From the sequence record PZ091942.1: 64,000 bases of DNA; one strand, given 5' to 3'. Made by a program: the position numbers and the translations under genes. Below, in pieces: positions 63,188 to 64,000 of the stretch (positions within the stretch are counted from its first letter, which is position 1; each line of letters opens with the position of its first letter). The notes beneath the pieces are model-generated. The model ran no database searches. It was not told the origin of the DNA and was given only the letters and a program-made list of their open reading frames with translations. This DNA is from a phage.

Positions 63188-63985
63188 TTACCAACTCCCT
63201 ATTCTAATTCTCAAAGCACCACCACCATCGTAGAAATCAATCCTGTTACCATTCATCCACAGCTGTGCCCCACCTGTACCACCCATAACAAAATCCCCAC
63301 CAACCGTAAGTCTCCAGTTAGAACCACTCATAGAGCCAGCAGTAATCTTGTTAGCAGTAAGGTTAGCAATCTGTCCATCTTGAATCCACACGTTATCAAT
63401 CTGAGCAAATTGGATTCGAGCATTAGCAATCTGAGCAGTTGTAATGTTGACATTCTTGATATCAGCGAATTCCATTCTAGCTCTACCACCTTCAAAAACA
63501 AAAGGAGTGTTACCAGAGTTACCATCACCGACAATAAACTTGTTAGCTGTTACTTGGAATTGACTATTCGTACCGTTGTTAGTAAGTTTAACTCCAGCAT
63601 ACTGACCGTTAACAGAAGAGTTGACACCCCATGTAGCTTCATAGCTGTCTAATCTCATGTATTGAGAAAGAGAGTTCTGTACGGTAGTAACCTTACCATC
63701 CACTTCAGCAATCTGAGTACCCTGAGCAGTAAGTTCTGTTTGAACTAAAGCAATCTCCTCTCCCTGTTCGTTCACAATCCCTTGTACTGTCTGAATCTTT
63801 AAGTCATTACCTTCAATAGAAGTTTTGAAACCTGCAACTGTACCATCCAATTTAGTAGGAGGATTAGTGCTTCTATCCCAAATATCTTCAGTGGATAGAT
63901 TACCCATCTGTGTTTGGATATCAGCAATTGCTGTTTCAATCTCTGTAGTAATTCGGTTCTCAAGTTCATCGAATTGTAGATTCAT
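63188..63985 (-). CDS. tail fibre-like protein
   Basis: ORF track; N-terminal coiled coil then repeats (IANARIQFAQIDNVWIQDGQIANLTANKITAG) typical of fibre proteins. Confidence 0.55.
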   Translation of the reverse strand: MNLQFDELENRITTEIETAIADIQTQMGNLSTEDIWDRSTNPPTKLDGTVAGFKTSIEGNDLKIQTVQGIVNEQGEEIALVQTELTAQGTQIAEVDGKVTTVQNSLSQYMRLDSYEATWGVNSSVNGQYAGVKLTNNGTNSQFQVTANKFIVGDGNSGNTPFVFEGGRARMEFADIKNVNITTAQIANARIQFAQIDNVWIQDGQIANLTANKITAGSMSGSNWRLTVGGDFVMGGTGGAQLWMNGNRIDFYDGGGALRIRIGSW

Positions 63986-64000
63986 TGCATGAAGAGCTTT

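Noticed and set aside
1-64000. Integrase, repressor or other lysogeny module
   Set aside because: No tyrosine or serine recombinase motifs or CI-like repressor recognised; gene content is consistent with a virulent phage.

Overview
The window reads as most of a tailed, apparently virulent enterobacterial phage genome: consensus sigma70 promoters, E. coli-type Shine-Dalgarno sites, no integrase or repressor recognised. Layout: (i) minus-strand late block 1-6970 (acidic scaffold-like gene running off the left edge, portal, large and small terminase, small ORFs); (ii) a repeat-rich, ORF-free inter-operon region 6971-7714; (iii) a long plus-strand early/middle block 7788-52941 with many small ORFs in paralogous families, a tRNA-Arg(UCU), a T7-like primase-helicase, a family-A DNA polymerase encoded as two genes 9 kb apart, nucleotide-metabolism genes (dCTP deaminase, ThyX-like, thioredoxin, dNMP-kinase-like, HAD phosphatase), PhoH, an SSB-like protein, a spanin pair, an ECF-type sigma factor, a FEN-type exonuclease and two HNH endonucleases; (iv) a convergent bidirectional terminator near 53150; (v) minus-strand virion/tail block 53177-63985 (large internal virion protein, Q/N-rich paralogs, lytic transglycosylase, tail fibre-like proteins). 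The gene content (own sigma factor, T7-like replisome, tRNA-Arg) resembles phiEco32-like podophages, but that is inference from memory, not a search. Most notable: a cluster of two GS/GCS2-like amidoligases, a class-II glutamine amidotransferase, an ATP-grasp ligase and a gamma-glutamyl cyclotransferase (23952-31864) with no obvious substrate; a ~2 kb ORF-free stretch (9518-11484) with near-consensus sigma70 promoters and a recurring GCTCTTTAA motif; a ProQ/FinO-like gene next to duplicated structured intergenic elements; and several genes whose conserved N-termini require non-ATG starts (AUU, UUG, GUG). All functional calls come from motifs read by eye; no database search was run.
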